Below are positions 19,141 to 28,391 of a stretch of 64,000 bases of DNA, one piece after another. Location of the stretch: positions 9,297 through 73,296 of the forward strand of contig CAKMJZ010000001.1 in assembly GCA_927435855.1 (NCBI GenBank), written 5' to 3'. The stretch comes from an uncultured Erysipelotrichaceae bacterium (GTDB lineage: Bacteria > Bacillota_I > Bacilli_A > Erysipelotrichales > Erysipelotrichaceae). The translations under genes were made by a program, and so were the position numbers. Position 1 is the stretch's first letter. Every line of letters starts with the position of its first letter. The notes under the pieces are model-generated. The model was not told the DNA's origin and made no database searches. It worked only from the letters and a program-made list of their open reading frames with translations.

Positions 19141-20580
19141 ATGAAAAAATTTCGCTTAATCAATATTTGGGCTATCGTTTTGGCGTGTGTTTTGTTAGCA
19201 CCGATACCTGTACGGGCACAACCGTTGCAATCGCAATCGGTTATTGTCGTCTTTAGACACTCCGTTGATCACTCGTTGATCCGTAGTTTGAATGCCAATG
19301 TAGAAAAATCATACAAGAATTTCCCTATCGTCAAGATGACATTGAATGATAGATCAATTTTTGCGCTTTCGAAAAATCCCAATGTCCTATCTATTGAGTC
19401 AGAAGTTATTTTTACGATTAATGAAGATAGTATTGAATGGGGTATAGCAAGAGTCGAAGCACCGAAAGCTTGGACAGCAGGCTACACGGGTTTAGGTGTA
19501 AAGGTTGGTATCATTGATACCGGCATTGCACTGCACGACGATTTGGTCATTGTAGGTGGAGCTAACTTTGTGGATTCGGCTAGCAGTTACTATGACGACC
19601 ACGGTCATGGAACACATGTTGCCGGTACCGTTGCGGCTCTTGACAATGGGTTAGGCGTTATTGGCGTAGCACCGGGTGCTCATCTGTATGCTATCAAAGT
19701 CCTCGACAGTTCGGGTAGTGGATATCTTTCGGATATCATCGAAGGAATCGACTTTGCTATAAGTGAACAGTTGGACATCATCAACATGAGCTTAGGAACA
19801 TCTACTGATTCCCCTGCCCTACATACTGCTGTAGATTCAGCTTATAATTCTGGAATTTTGGTTGTCGCATCCGCCGGTAACAGTGGTAAACGCGTCACAA
19901 CCCTGGATAATGTCGGATATCCGGCAAAGTATGAATCGGCGATTGCTGTTGCAGCTACCGATAACAACAATGCGCGTGCTTCCTTTTCTTCGACAGGTCC
20001 AGCCGTTGAAGTTGCTGCACCTGGCGTTTCTGTTGTTAGTACATATCTGAATAACGGTTATGCTTCGATGAGTGGAACATCTATGGCTGCCCCACATGTC
20101 AGCGGACATCTGGCGTTGCTGATACAGGCATTTTCAGATAAAACGCCATTGGAAATCCGAACACTTATGCGATTGTATGTTTTGGATTTAGGTTCTGTGG
20201 GTAGAGATTGGGCTTATGGATATGGATTGATTCAAACTTTCCTTACCGAAGTTCAACCGCCTGTTACTAAGGAAACATACACTTCCATCATTACCAACAA
20301 GATCTCTTATACTGTTGGAGAAAAGATTACGATTACCGTATCTGTGGTTGATGAAATCAATCTGCCTGTTGCTGGTGCCAGTGTCAAACTGACCATTACA
20401 CCGCCTACAGGCAAAACGAAAGTTACGACTGTCAACTTAATTACAGGAAGTGATGGACGTACCATTTACACATATTCTACCAATAAGGTATCGACAAAAG
20501 GTGTGTATTCGGTTAAAGCCGAAACCAGTTCACTCAACTATACATCTAGCAGTGCAACCACAACTTTCTCATTAAACTAG
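19141..20580 (+). CDS. Secreted S8 (subtilisin-like) serine peptidase with I9 propeptide and a C-terminal Ig-like domain
   Basis: Signal peptide. Catalytic triad D (IIDTGI), H (HGTHVAG), S (SGTSMAAPHVSG). GAGGTGA RBS. Confidence 0.9.
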   Translation: MKKFRLINIWAIVLACVLLAPIPVRAQPLQSQSVIVVFRHSVDHSLIRSLNANVEKSYKNFPIVKMTLNDRSIFALSKNPNVLSIESEVIFTINEDSIEWGIARVEAPKAWTAGYTGLGVKVGIIDTGIALHDDLVIVGGANFVDSASSYYDDHGHGTHVAGTVAALDNGLGVIGVAPGAHLYAIKVLDSSGSGYLSDIIEGIDFAISEQLDIINMSLGTSTDSPALHTAVDSAYNSGILVVASAGNSGKRVTTLDNVGYPAKYESAIAVAATDNNNARASFSSTGPAVEVAAPGVSVVSTYLNNGYASMSGTSMAAPHVSGHLALLIQAFSDKTPLEIRTLMRLYVLDLGSVGRDWAYGYGLIQTFLTEVQPPVTKETYTSIITNKISYTVGEKITITVSVVDEINLPVAGASVKLTITPPTGKTKVTTVNLITGSDGRTIYTYSTNKVSTKGVYSVKAETSSLNYTSSSATTTFSLN

Positions 20581-20583
20581 ATT

Positions 20584-20606
20584 AACTCCCGCCAAGGGAG
20601 TTTTTC
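20584..20606 (+). terminator. Rho-independent terminator
   Basis: aactccc-gccaa-gggagtt hairpin followed by TTTTT. Confidence 0.7.
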
Positions 20607-20640
20607 TTTGTGATATACTAATTGCATTAGGAGTGATACT

Positions 20641-22224
20641 ATGCGAACAATATTACACAGTGGGAAAATTTACCAGGAAAAAGGGAAGTTCTGTGAGGCT
20701 CTTCTGATTGAAGATGGACTCATTAAAAAGACAGGTACTAGTGAACAAATTCTTAAATTATATGAAGATGACACCGATATCATCGACTTGATGGACTCGA
20801 CGGTTGTTCCCGGATTCAATGACAGTCACTTACACTTCTATTATCATGGTGTGACGATGGCATCAGTCAATGTGTATGGAAGCACATCGATTGAGGAAGT
20901 GATTGAAAAAGGAATAGATTTCTTGTTGCGCCACCCTGAACATAAAGGTTATCTGTGGGGTCGTGGCTGGAATCAAAATCAATTTACAGATGATAAGAGG
21001 ATGTTAACGAAGGAAGATTTGGACAAGATATCTATGGATATTCCCATCGTTTTGGGACGAGCATGTGGCCATGTTGCGGTATGTAACAGTAAAGCACTTG
21101 AATTAGCGAATATCAGTGAGGCTTTTTTTGTTGAAGGTGGCGAAATCTTGGTTGGTATGGATGGTAAACCGAACGGATTGTTTGCGGAAAATGCCATCGA
21201 CCTTTTAGAATGTCTTAAACCGCATTTAACCGTTGAAGATGTCCAACGTCAGATTGTGCAGATCGCAAGGATTGCTAACAGTCGCGGAATAACCTCTGTT
21301 TCAACCAATGATCTTCATGTCGGTGATGAAAACTCTGATATCATCGAGCAAGCGTATATCCGTTATACATCAAATCATCCGACAATTCGCATCAATCACC
21401 AAATCTGTTATAACACTCCGGAAATTCTGAAAATCCGAGTTGCTAAAGGATTCAATAATACTGACTTCTTACGGTATGGACCTTTGAAAATATTTACGGA
21501 TGGATCTTTAGGTGCTCGAACAGCTTTACTTAAAGATGTTTATGCGGATGATCCATCTACTCATGGGATTGCCTGTATGACGCCACAACAGATCGATGAG
21601 TACGTTCAAGTAGCTACTGAAAGTGGAATGCAAGTCGTTGCTCATGCCATCGGTGATGGGGCGATGGTAAATGTGCTGAATGCTTATGGTAAAGTTGAAA
21701 ATCTTGGCAAAGCGCTACGACATGGTATTATTCACTGTCAGATTACGGATCACGATATCCTGAAACACATGAGCAAACTTGATGTGCTTGCTTTGGTTCA
21801 ACCGATCTTCCTTCATGCTGATATGCATATCGTTGAAGATCGGGTAGGAAAGGATTTGGCTTTTAGCAGTTATGCTTTCAAGACCATGGAAGACTTAAAA
21901 ATCCATGTCAGCTATGGAAGTGATGCTCCGGTAGAAGATTTCAATGTATTTGAAGGGATTCATTGTGCTGTTAATCGACAAGACCTTAAAGGATATCCTC
22001 CAGAAGGGTTCAACCCAAAGGAGAAAGTTGACGTATTTACGGCCGTTGATAACTACACAATCGAAGGTGCTTATGCCAGTTTTGAGGAAAATAAAAAAGG
22101 CCGGTTAATAACCGGACACTTTGCGGATTTGATTGTATTATCAGATGATATATTTACGATTCCAACCCATGAGATTAAGGATTTGCGTGTACTAAAGACT
22201 ATGGTCAATGGAGTTTTCATCTAG
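20641..22224 (+). CDS. Metal-dependent amidohydrolase (Amidohydro_3/YtcJ-like)
   Basis: PGFNDSHLHF (HxH), HAIGD, and C-terminal GSDAPV...ADLIVLS pattern. 527 aa. Confidence 0.8.
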   Translation: MRTILHSGKIYQEKGKFCEALLIEDGLIKKTGTSEQILKLYEDDTDIIDLMDSTVVPGFNDSHLHFYYHGVTMASVNVYGSTSIEEVIEKGIDFLLRHPEHKGYLWGRGWNQNQFTDDKRMLTKEDLDKISMDIPIVLGRACGHVAVCNSKALELANISEAFFVEGGEILVGMDGKPNGLFAENAIDLLECLKPHLTVEDVQRQIVQIARIANSRGITSVSTNDLHVGDENSDIIEQAYIRYTSNHPTIRINHQICYNTPEILKIRVAKGFNNTDFLRYGPLKIFTDGSLGARTALLKDVYADDPSTHGIACMTPQQIDEYVQVATESGMQVVAHAIGDGAMVNVLNAYGKVENLGKALRHGIIHCQITDHDILKHMSKLDVLALVQPIFLHADMHIVEDRVGKDLAFSSYAFKTMEDLKIHVSYGSDAPVEDFNVFEGIHCAVNRQDLKGYPPEGFNPKEKVDVFTAVDNYTIEGAYASFEENKKGRLITGHFADLIVLSDDIFTIPTHEIKDLRVLKTMVNGVFI

Positions 22225-22833
22225 TTTACCATTTTCAAAATATACAAACCCGCCATCGTTGGCTGTGGAATCATACCACAACTTTAAATCGATGGTTTTC
22301 TTTTCGCCATTGTCTAAAATAATGACCATGGTATGACCGTTTTCATTGTCCAAATGACTTTCGATAATTAAGGTCCAATGCCATCCTTCCAGATTAGTAA
22401 CTCTTCCGTTGTGAAGATTGAGAAAAGCAATCGGACAATCATGTTTCAAAGCGTTGTTGATAAATCCAGTGATTTGATTGAAATTGGGACGATGATCTTT
22501 CTTTGGCACATTGAGATAGTGATATTCCATTGAATAATTGTTATTGGAAAAACAACGGGCCAGCCCCCGATAGTAAATACTGGTTCGGTTAACTCCGCCG
22601 ATCGTCGGTGTAACGTACTTTCGTACATCTCTCATCAGTTCGACATATTCAAAGCGTGTTGAATACTGTTTCTTAAGCATATAGATGACCATGTTGGTTG
22701 CTACAGTCGGTCCGCAACCTGACAATTGTTGCCATTTGGTCGTATACCAATCTTGATCGCAACCATAAAAGAGTCGATTGGTTTTCGAATCCATGATTTC
22801 AAATATTTCAGGATGTTGAAGAGTATAGGCCAT
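22192..22833 (-). CDS. Hypothetical protein, possible papain-like (C39-like/BtrH-like) fold
   Basis: QQLSGCGPTVATNMVIY (candidate nucleophile Cys) and a later GWHWTLII motif. Start set at MAYTLQ (AGAGGTGA RBS). 3' end overlaps the convergent gene by 33 nt. Confidence 0.35.
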   Translation of the reverse strand: MAYTLQHPEIFEIMDSKTNRLFYGCDQDWYTTKWQQLSGCGPTVATNMVIYMLKKQYSTRFEYVELMRDVRKYVTPTIGGVNRTSIYYRGLARCFSNNNYSMEYHYLNVPKKDHRPNFNQITGFINNALKHDCPIAFLNLHNGRVTNLEGWHWTLIIESHLDNENGHTMVIILDNGEKKTIDLKLWYDSTANDGGFVYFENGKLDENSIDHSL

Positions 22834-23116
22834 AGCATTCACCTCTATTTGAATTATGGTGGAACAAATCAAGAATTGCAATTAATTCGACTATAAGATA
22901 TGTATATCTTAACTGATATCCTCTTCGGTGTTTCGCATGATTATCTACGTATAAAAAAGATCGTCGTAATCGACAATCTTTCAATGATTTTCATTCCGTG
23001 TCCTTTACATAGGATACAGTCTAACATTCGCTCCACAAATATTTTAAACAAATTGAATAATCGCGTCAGCCTCGCTGAATCTCTTTACTTAGACGTCTAA
23101 ATCACTTAATGATCTT

Positions 23117-23668
23117 TTATTGATTTTGATCTGGATCTTTTGAAGTACCATCCGAGTTTACAGGATTCGTATCCGGATTATTGACTTGATGATTTTGAGT
23201 TTGGTTTGGATTATTCGTAGTAACATCCGAGTTTACAGGATTTGTATCCGGATTCTTCACTTGGTTGTATTGAGGTTGATTCGGATTATTCGAAGTAACT
23301 TCTGGATTTACAGCGTTGACTTGAGTTCTTTGAACTTGACTGGTTGAACTCGTTGACATCAGTTTCATAACTGCCCACGCAATCAGTCCTACAACGATAA
23401 TTGCTATTAACGTTGCTGGTTCGAAAATCGCTTCAGTTTCTGCTCCTGGGGTTGTCGATATTGAGAAAATTCCTTCAAAGATTCCAACGAAGAATTGGGT
23501 AAAGGAATAAAGTCCTTTAACAAAAACATTACCTGGATTTGCGCCTGTCAATTTGAAGAAAAATCTGAAAGCAAGGACGACTTCAACTACACTAAACAAT
23601 ACCATAACGATTCTTTTTGCCATATTACCTTCTGTAATAGTGTGACGTGTTTCTTGTTTGTTGCTCAT
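23117..23668 (-). CDS. YggT-like membrane protein with an N/P/Q-rich repetitive C-terminal tail
   Basis: VVEVVLAFRFFFKLTGANPGNVFV...FTQFFVGIFEGIF resembles the YggT repeat. The tail is encoded by 75-nt tandem repeats. Confidence 0.55.
   Translation of the reverse strand: MSNKQETRHTITEGNMAKRIVMVLFSVVEVVLAFRFFFKLTGANPGNVFVKGLYSFTQFFVGIFEGIFSISTTPGAETEAIFEPATLIAIIVVGLIAWAVMKLMSTSSTSQVQRTQVNAVNPEVTSNNPNQPQYNQVKNPDTNPVNSDVTTNNPNQTQNHQVNNPDTNPVNSDGTSKDPDQNQ
23149..23320. repeat. 75-bp in-frame tandem repeat (2 full copies plus a degenerate third)
   Basis: The copies starting at 23149 and 23224 are visibly near-identical (catccgagtttacaggatt(c/t)gtatccggatt...). They encode the NPDTNPVNSD..NNPNQ.Q units. 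Confidence 0.8.
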
Positions 23669-23940
23669 AGGGTCTGCCTTTCGTACTGTTAAAGTACATT
23701 TTTTTAAGATAAAAGTAAAAATATATACTAATCTTCGTAGAATCTTAATTCGAACGTTTGTGGTTAGCGTTTTGACAGCATCTTTAATAATCCTGCTGAC
23801 ATGTTGTGTCTTTTTGATAACATTGTCAAAATGATCTTCGATTTATCAATAATGAACTACGTAATAAGTCTCCTTATCATACGGATGTTCACGATAATTA
23901 AACCTTAAGAAATTTGAATATTTTCTTATGGCACTACTAA

Positions 23941-23969
23941 ATTATACGCTTATTATAATTATTTGTCAA
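23941..23969 (-). promoter_or_regulatory. Perfect-consensus sigma-A promoter
   Basis: Minus strand: TTGACA-17 nt-TATAAT exactly. About 265 nt upstream of the YggT-like start codon. Confidence 0.6.
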
Positions 23970-24065
23970 ATTATCATTATAATTATATGTATAATTATTT
24001 TTCTGTTCACCAATCATAGAGTCAATTTTGTAAGTTCTTGAGTTTCAAATGGTAAGAATTTCAAT

Positions 24066-24086
24066 TAAAAAAGGTCCGAAGACCTT
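24066..24086 (-). terminator. Rho-independent terminator of the CvpA-like gene
   Basis: Minus strand: aaggtc-ttcg-gacctt followed by TTTTTT. Confidence 0.7.
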
Positions 24087-24897
24087 AGTTGTTATACTCA
24101 TTCATGATTTCATCGATTTCATCTTCACTTAAGCCGACTTCTCTCATCATGTTGCGAATGTCTTCTTTGGAATAACCTTCTGAGATGATCCATGCCTTTA
24201 CTTTACTCATATCTTCCTGAGTCACTTCTACTCCGGTATAAGCCTTCGATAAGATTGTAGCAATTTCCTCAGGGATGCCCATGCGGATCAAAATATCAAT
24301 AAGAGAATCCGTGTCTTCTTCATTCAGCTCTTCACCGGATGTAATCTTTTCTAACATTCCATCAGGATCAACGTTATTAACAATGGATTGTGAAACACTA
24401 TCACCAATAGGTGATAACGGAGATAAGACTGAAGAAGATACGATATCTTTACCATTTGCAAATACCGGCAGGGATAGTACTGATACTATCAGTATGGCAA
24501 TAAGCATGGGAACTGTGATTGACAACGCTATTCCACCTAGTCGATCAACGTTTTTGTTCCAAGGCTTTTGGATGTGTTTGAACGCAACCATCCGTGCGAT
24601 ACCAACCAAAATCGTCAAAACGATAAACACAATAATAATCCAAACCGTACTGTTAACCATGTTTGTGACGATGTTGGAAATCACAGAGACTTCGCTGACC
24701 GTCAGATCAGATACAAGATTGACGTTCTTTGCAAATAAGGGACCCAAAAGCGTAGATAGCCAAGCTACTATAAGCAGTGATACCAGATCAACACCTTGTT
24801 TAAACAATCCCCTAAAATATCCATACACACCAAACCCAATGAGTAAAACAATAAATGTAACATTAATAATCGTTGCGTAGGACTCTGATATTTGCAT
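24085..24897 (-). CDS. CvpA-family membrane protein with a C-terminal soluble extension
   Basis: N-terminal pattern (IVLLIGFGVYGYFRGLFKQGVDLVSLLIVAWLS) and 4 TM helices typical of CvpA. Confidence 0.5.
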   Translation of the reverse strand: MQISESYATIINVTFIVLLIGFGVYGYFRGLFKQGVDLVSLLIVAWLSTLLGPLFAKNVNLVSDLTVSEVSVISNIVTNMVNSTVWIIIVFIVLTILVGIARMVAFKHIQKPWNKNVDRLGGIALSITVPMLIAILIVSVLSLPVFANGKDIVSSSVLSPLSPIGDSVSQSIVNNVDPDGMLEKITSGEELNEEDTDSLIDILIRMGIPEEIATILSKAYTGVEVTQEDMSKVKAWIISEGYSKEDIRNMMREVGLSEDEIDEIMNEYNN

Positions 24898-24910
24898 GGT
24901 TGCTCCTCCC

Positions 24911-25957
24911 CTATTCCACTAGTTCGATGGAATCTATCTTGCTAATCATGACCAACCTCCGTAGAAACGGAGTATATAGTACGATACTCTTTATCTGCTT
25001 AAGTAGTATCTTAACCTTTATTTTTCTGCACTTAAATTTATAATTTCGAATGACATTCTTCTTCTTCATTGCTTGTGCTAACGCCAGCGCACTATCCATA
25101 GCATAACTGATGCCTTCAAGCGAGCTAGGACTAATAAATCCGGCAGCCTCTCCGATTAAGAATATACTTTCTGTTCCACATTCGATTTCGTTGATTGACT
25201 GAGGAGAGTTCACTAAGCATGCTTCCGTAATTCGTGGGTCTTTGAGGTAAAAGTCAAATAAGGCACTTCTGTCTTTTAGTAACTCAAAATTCTTACGACT
25301 GTTTAGTAATGGCATCGCTGCCCCAAAAACAAACTCATCATCTTTAACCAATCCCCAACCATAACTATCGGTTAGCGTGTGATCGAAAAGTGATGCGTAC
25401 AGAGGTTTTATAGCGGACGCACTATAGAACTGTTGAATAGCCATGTACTGGCGGATTTTCCTGTTGAAGAACGTTTTGCGTACGATGGAATCTGCGCCAT
25501 CAGCACCTACAATCGTCAACGTCTGTTCAACCCATTCAACTCCGTCTTTAGTGTAAGTGACTTGAAATCCCATGTCAGTTTTTACAATACTAGTCACCCG
25601 AGCATCTTCGATGATATCCACATCAACAACAAGGGATAACATCCAACTGTCAAAACGATGTCGGTTCACATTGAGATAGAATCGTTGATAATGGGTGATG
25701 AGTTTGGATTGAAGATCGATAGTCTTAACTGCGAATATCTGCGGATTGGCGAGTACTTCCGTAGGTATTTGTAGTTGGAAGCGTGCCAGAGCCCGTTGGG
25801 CATCCGGAGCAATCAGTCCACCGCAAGGTTTTTTGAAAGTCGTTTTTGACTCATCTCTATTTTTCTTGTCAATCAACAGCACATTTAGTTCTTTACCGAT
25901 GAGTCGGGCTAGAGTCGATCCTGCCGGACCACCTCCGATTATAATTACATCTCTCAT
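24911..25957 (-). CDS. FAD-dependent oxidoreductase (geranylgeranyl-reductase-like)
   Basis: Rossmann motif DVIIIGGGPAGSTLA at the revised start (MRDV, AGAGGAA RBS), plus GADG and GEAAGFISP motifs. Confidence 0.75.
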   Translation of the reverse strand: MRDVIIIGGGPAGSTLARLIGKELNVLLIDKKNRDESKTTFKKPCGGLIAPDAQRALARFQLQIPTEVLANPQIFAVKTIDLQSKLITHYQRFYLNVNRHRFDSWMLSLVVDVDIIEDARVTSIVKTDMGFQVTYTKDGVEWVEQTLTIVGADGADSIVRKTFFNRKIRQYMAIQQFYSASAIKPLYASLFDHTLTDSYGWGLVKDDEFVFGAAMPLLNSRKNFELLKDRSALFDFYLKDPRITEACLVNSPQSINEIECGTESIFLIGEAAGFISPSSLEGISYAMDSALALAQAMKKKNVIRNYKFKCRKIKVKILLKQIKSIVLYTPFLRRLVMISKIDSIELVE

Positions 25958-26038
25958 GTCAGTTCCTCTGATTGAAATTGTATCACGATTGAAAGGATAA
26001 AAAAAGCGTATCCTTTTGGACACGCTTGTCTTAGAAAA

Positions 26039-26731
26039 CTACTTTCTGGTAGCACCTTCTAATGAATAAACTACATCTACACGGAATTCAGCTGTATCAG
26101 TGACCATCTTAGCATATTTGCTGTCTGTGAACTGGCCCATACCGCCAACGTTATAGATTTTGCTCATGTCATATCCGTTAGCTTCGAGGATTTGCATCAT
26201 CCAAACAACGCGAGCACCGGATTGACACATTAAGAATAGCGTTTGATCTTTCGGGAAGATTGCATTCAAAATTGCAACGGACTCATTGTAAACAGCTACA
26301 GGTTCTGTCGGTGATCCACCAAATAATTGAACCATAGTCGTATCTGTGTTTGCAGCTGCATTGAAGATAAATGCAAAATAAGGAATGATTTCAAAATTTT
26401 TGAAGTGTTTTTGAGTGTAATCTTTATAGTCTCTTATATCGATATAAACAACATCATCTCTATTCATAAACTTGTCTAAGTTAGCTACGCCAATACCTGA
26501 ACATGCAGCAGCATATGAGTTAGCAGCACAGTTTACTTCAGCTGCGCCTTGACTCGGTGTGAATTTTTTACTCAAATCACGAGCAGCCGGCAATTCTTCT
26601 TGGAAAACAAAGCCATTTTCCGTTGGGTTTTTAACCCATCCTTCAGCAACTAATTCTTCATCTGTTTTAGCTTTTGCACAACCTACCAATGCCAATGAAG
26701 CCAATGCAATAATTAATAATTTTTTCAACAT
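26039..26731 (-). CDS. Rhodanese-domain lipoprotein (active-site Cys present)
   Basis: Lipobox LALVGC at the revised start MLKKLL (GAGGGAGA RBS). CQSGAR (CX4R) rhodanese loop. Confidence 0.7.
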   Translation of the reverse strand: MLKKLLIIALASLALVGCAKAKTDEELVAEGWVKNPTENGFVFQEELPAARDLSKKFTPSQGAAEVNCAANSYAAACSGIGVANLDKFMNRDDVVYIDIRDYKDYTQKHFKNFEIIPYFAFIFNAAANTDTTMVQLFGGSPTEPVAVYNESVAILNAIFPKDQTLFLMCQSGARVVWMMQILEANGYDMSKIYNVGGMGQFTDSKYAKMVTDTAEFRVDVVYSLEGATRK

Positions 26732-26753
26732 TTTTTTCTCCCTCATTTGTTGA

Positions 26754-27464
26754 TTAATCAAAAAATTCATCTTCTAAGTGATACGTCATCAAAGCATTCA
26801 ACATCCGAATAATGTTATTCGTGGATACCGATGAACCTGTAAACGTATCTAGTTCATAATCTGCTCTGCCTTCTCCGGACTTATAATCGTTAAGATTAAT
26901 ATCATCCATCGTGCTTAAGGTTTTGATGTACGAATTCGTTTTGTTAACGAAATGCGGTACAAACTCATTTTTAAACTGGCCATAACCTACGCCGGCTGGT
27001 GTCGGGTTGCTATCGCCCCAGAATCCACCGAGATACTCACCGCTTGGATCTCTGTCGAAAGAGAAGAATTTAACAACGACATCATCCGCATTTTTGGATT
27101 CTGGCATTGTCAACTCAACATAAGCAGTTTGCCAATAGTTAACCGAAGCCGCACGACAAGTACATGACAAGTAAGTAATTTGATACTTAATGTAATCACG
27201 TGCTTTGTACTTAAAGTTAACAAAAGCAAAAAACTTCGATTCATTTTGCGGACCGTCGATATGAGCAATAGGAATAATTGCGATGGCATTTGCAATTGAT
27301 CCTGGACCCATATCTGCGCTGTTATTAAGAAATTCATTGATAATTTCCAATGTCAGCTCTTCGTCCTGGTTGTTGTTGTTATCATCGTTATTAGCTGCCG
27401 GAGCACATCCAAAGATGCTCAACATGAGAACTAACACAATAATAAACTTTGTGAACTTTTTCAT
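26754..27464 (-). CDS. Lipoprotein of unknown function with a C-terminal FMN_bind-like flavinylation-type motif
   Basis: Lipobox LSIFGC, N/D-rich linker, CTC motif, and LDTFTGSSVST resembling Dxx(S/T)GA(T/S). Confidence 0.45.
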   Translation of the reverse strand: MKKFTKFIIVLVLMLSIFGCAPAANNDDNNNNQDEELTLEIINEFLNNSADMGPGSIANAIAIIPIAHIDGPQNESKFFAFVNFKYKARDYIKYQITYLSCTCRAASVNYWQTAYVELTMPESKNADDVVVKFFSFDRDPSGEYLGGFWGDSNPTPAGVGYGQFKNEFVPHFVNKTNSYIKTLSTMDDINLNDYKSGEGRADYELDTFTGSSVSTNNIIRMLNALMTYHLEDEFFD

Positions 27465-27552
27465 TTATTACCCTCCAATTGTTATTATATAATTAACAGA
27501 AATTTTTCTCAATAGACTTTTCGACTATTATGAATATATTTTCACAAGTTAG

Positions 27553-27566
27553 TGAAAGCGCTTAAC
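27553..27566. promoter_or_regulatory. cre-like (CcpA) box
   Basis: TGAAAGCGCTTAAC versus the consensus TGWAARCGYTWNCW (one deviation), in the divergent lipoprotein intergenic region. Confidence 0.4.
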
Positions 27567-27654
27567 TTTATCACAAACCATACTAATCAAGCATTCTTTG
27601 CGTGTTCATTTTGATCAACTATGTAAATAAATCGCAATTTTTATTCGTTTAGAA

Positions 27655-27683
27655 TTGACATAGTTATTGGTCACTTATACTAT
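27655..27683 (+). promoter_or_regulatory. Candidate sigma-A promoter
   Basis: TTGACA-17 nt-TACTAT, 35 nt upstream of the ATG at 27718. Confidence 0.5.
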
Positions 27684-27717
27684 GAATACGAACTACTAAT
27701 GTCGTGGGAGGTGGATT

Positions 27718-28374
27718 ATGCCTAAAATTTTGCTTATGTCGTTGATTTCTTTTTTACTGATAGGATGCACTCCTTCCATTATTGATGATGATCCAATGAA
27801 AAATCCGCTTCCAGAAAAAACTAGTGAAAATAGCACATTGATGAGTGAGTCTCCTATCAATGTTTCTAATCTGGATGATTATCTTTTTAGAGAAGACACT
27901 TACTATGTTGATACTCGGGAGATCAATCAATGGCTTGAGGAAGGTCATGTTGCCGGATTTGTAAACATTCCTTTTTATCAGGCAATCGCAAACATAAAAA
28001 AAAGCACGGATGTGCTTTATAGTTTTGATCGTATTCGTGATGCCAGTGGTAGCGTAACTGTTTCACTTGGCGAACCCGGAAGTTTCACTGAGAATTATAA
28101 TGAATCACTGTTTATCCTTAATGCTATATTTCCGAAAAACAAAAATATCATCTTCCTGTCTACAGCGGGAGTTGAGGCCAGTTACTTGATTGCTCTTCTT
28201 ATTCAAGTGGGCTATGATGGCAGTAAACTGTACAATGCCGGACCGTTCAGTAATTCTGTGGGAAGTAATATTGCGTATCGGGATTATAAAGATGCAAAGT
28301 ATCTTGTTGAAGGCAATAATGCATATACCTTAGATTACAAGATAAATTATGGTGAATTAACCCCAAAGAAATAG
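27718..28374 (+). CDS. Rhodanese-like lipoprotein paralog lacking the catalytic Cys
   Basis: Lipobox LLIGC. Collinear with the 26039-26731 protein (NESxxILNAIFPK..., YDxSKxYNxG), but the loop reads STAGVE instead of CQSGAR. Confidence 0.65.
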   Translation: MPKILLMSLISFLLIGCTPSIIDDDPMKNPLPEKTSENSTLMSESPINVSNLDDYLFREDTYYVDTREINQWLEEGHVAGFVNIPFYQAIANIKKSTDVLYSFDRIRDASGSVTVSLGEPGSFTENYNESLFILNAIFPKNKNIIFLSTAGVEASYLIALLIQVGYDGSKLYNAGPFSNSVGSNIAYRDYKDAKYLVEGNNAYTLDYKINYGELTPKK

Positions 28375-28391
28375 CCGCTTCAAAGCGGCTT

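Noticed and set aside
19056-19256. 66-aa ORF overlapping the start of the S8 protease gene
   Set aside because: It is out of frame with a strongly supported gene that has its own GAGGTGA RBS and signal peptide. There is no independent support.
22192-22224. 33-nt overlap of two convergent genes as a possible antisense-regulation site
   Set aside because: Short 3'-end overlaps of convergent ORFs are common and need no special explanation. No hairpin or other signal was seen there.
24275-24880. 201-aa plus-strand ORF
   Set aside because: It is entirely antisense to the CvpA-like gene. The translation is S/T/I-rich and low in complexity, with no RBS. It looks like a typical shadow ORF of an AT-rich membrane-protein gene.
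27536-27552. 17-nt word ATATTTTCACAAGTTAG identical to 60593-60609, both in divergent intergenic regions
   Set aside because: In 64 kb of AT-rich DNA searched on both strands, a single 17-mer coincidence is roughly on the order of chance expectation. The flanks are unrelated and there is no dyad symmetry. I kept it only as a note.
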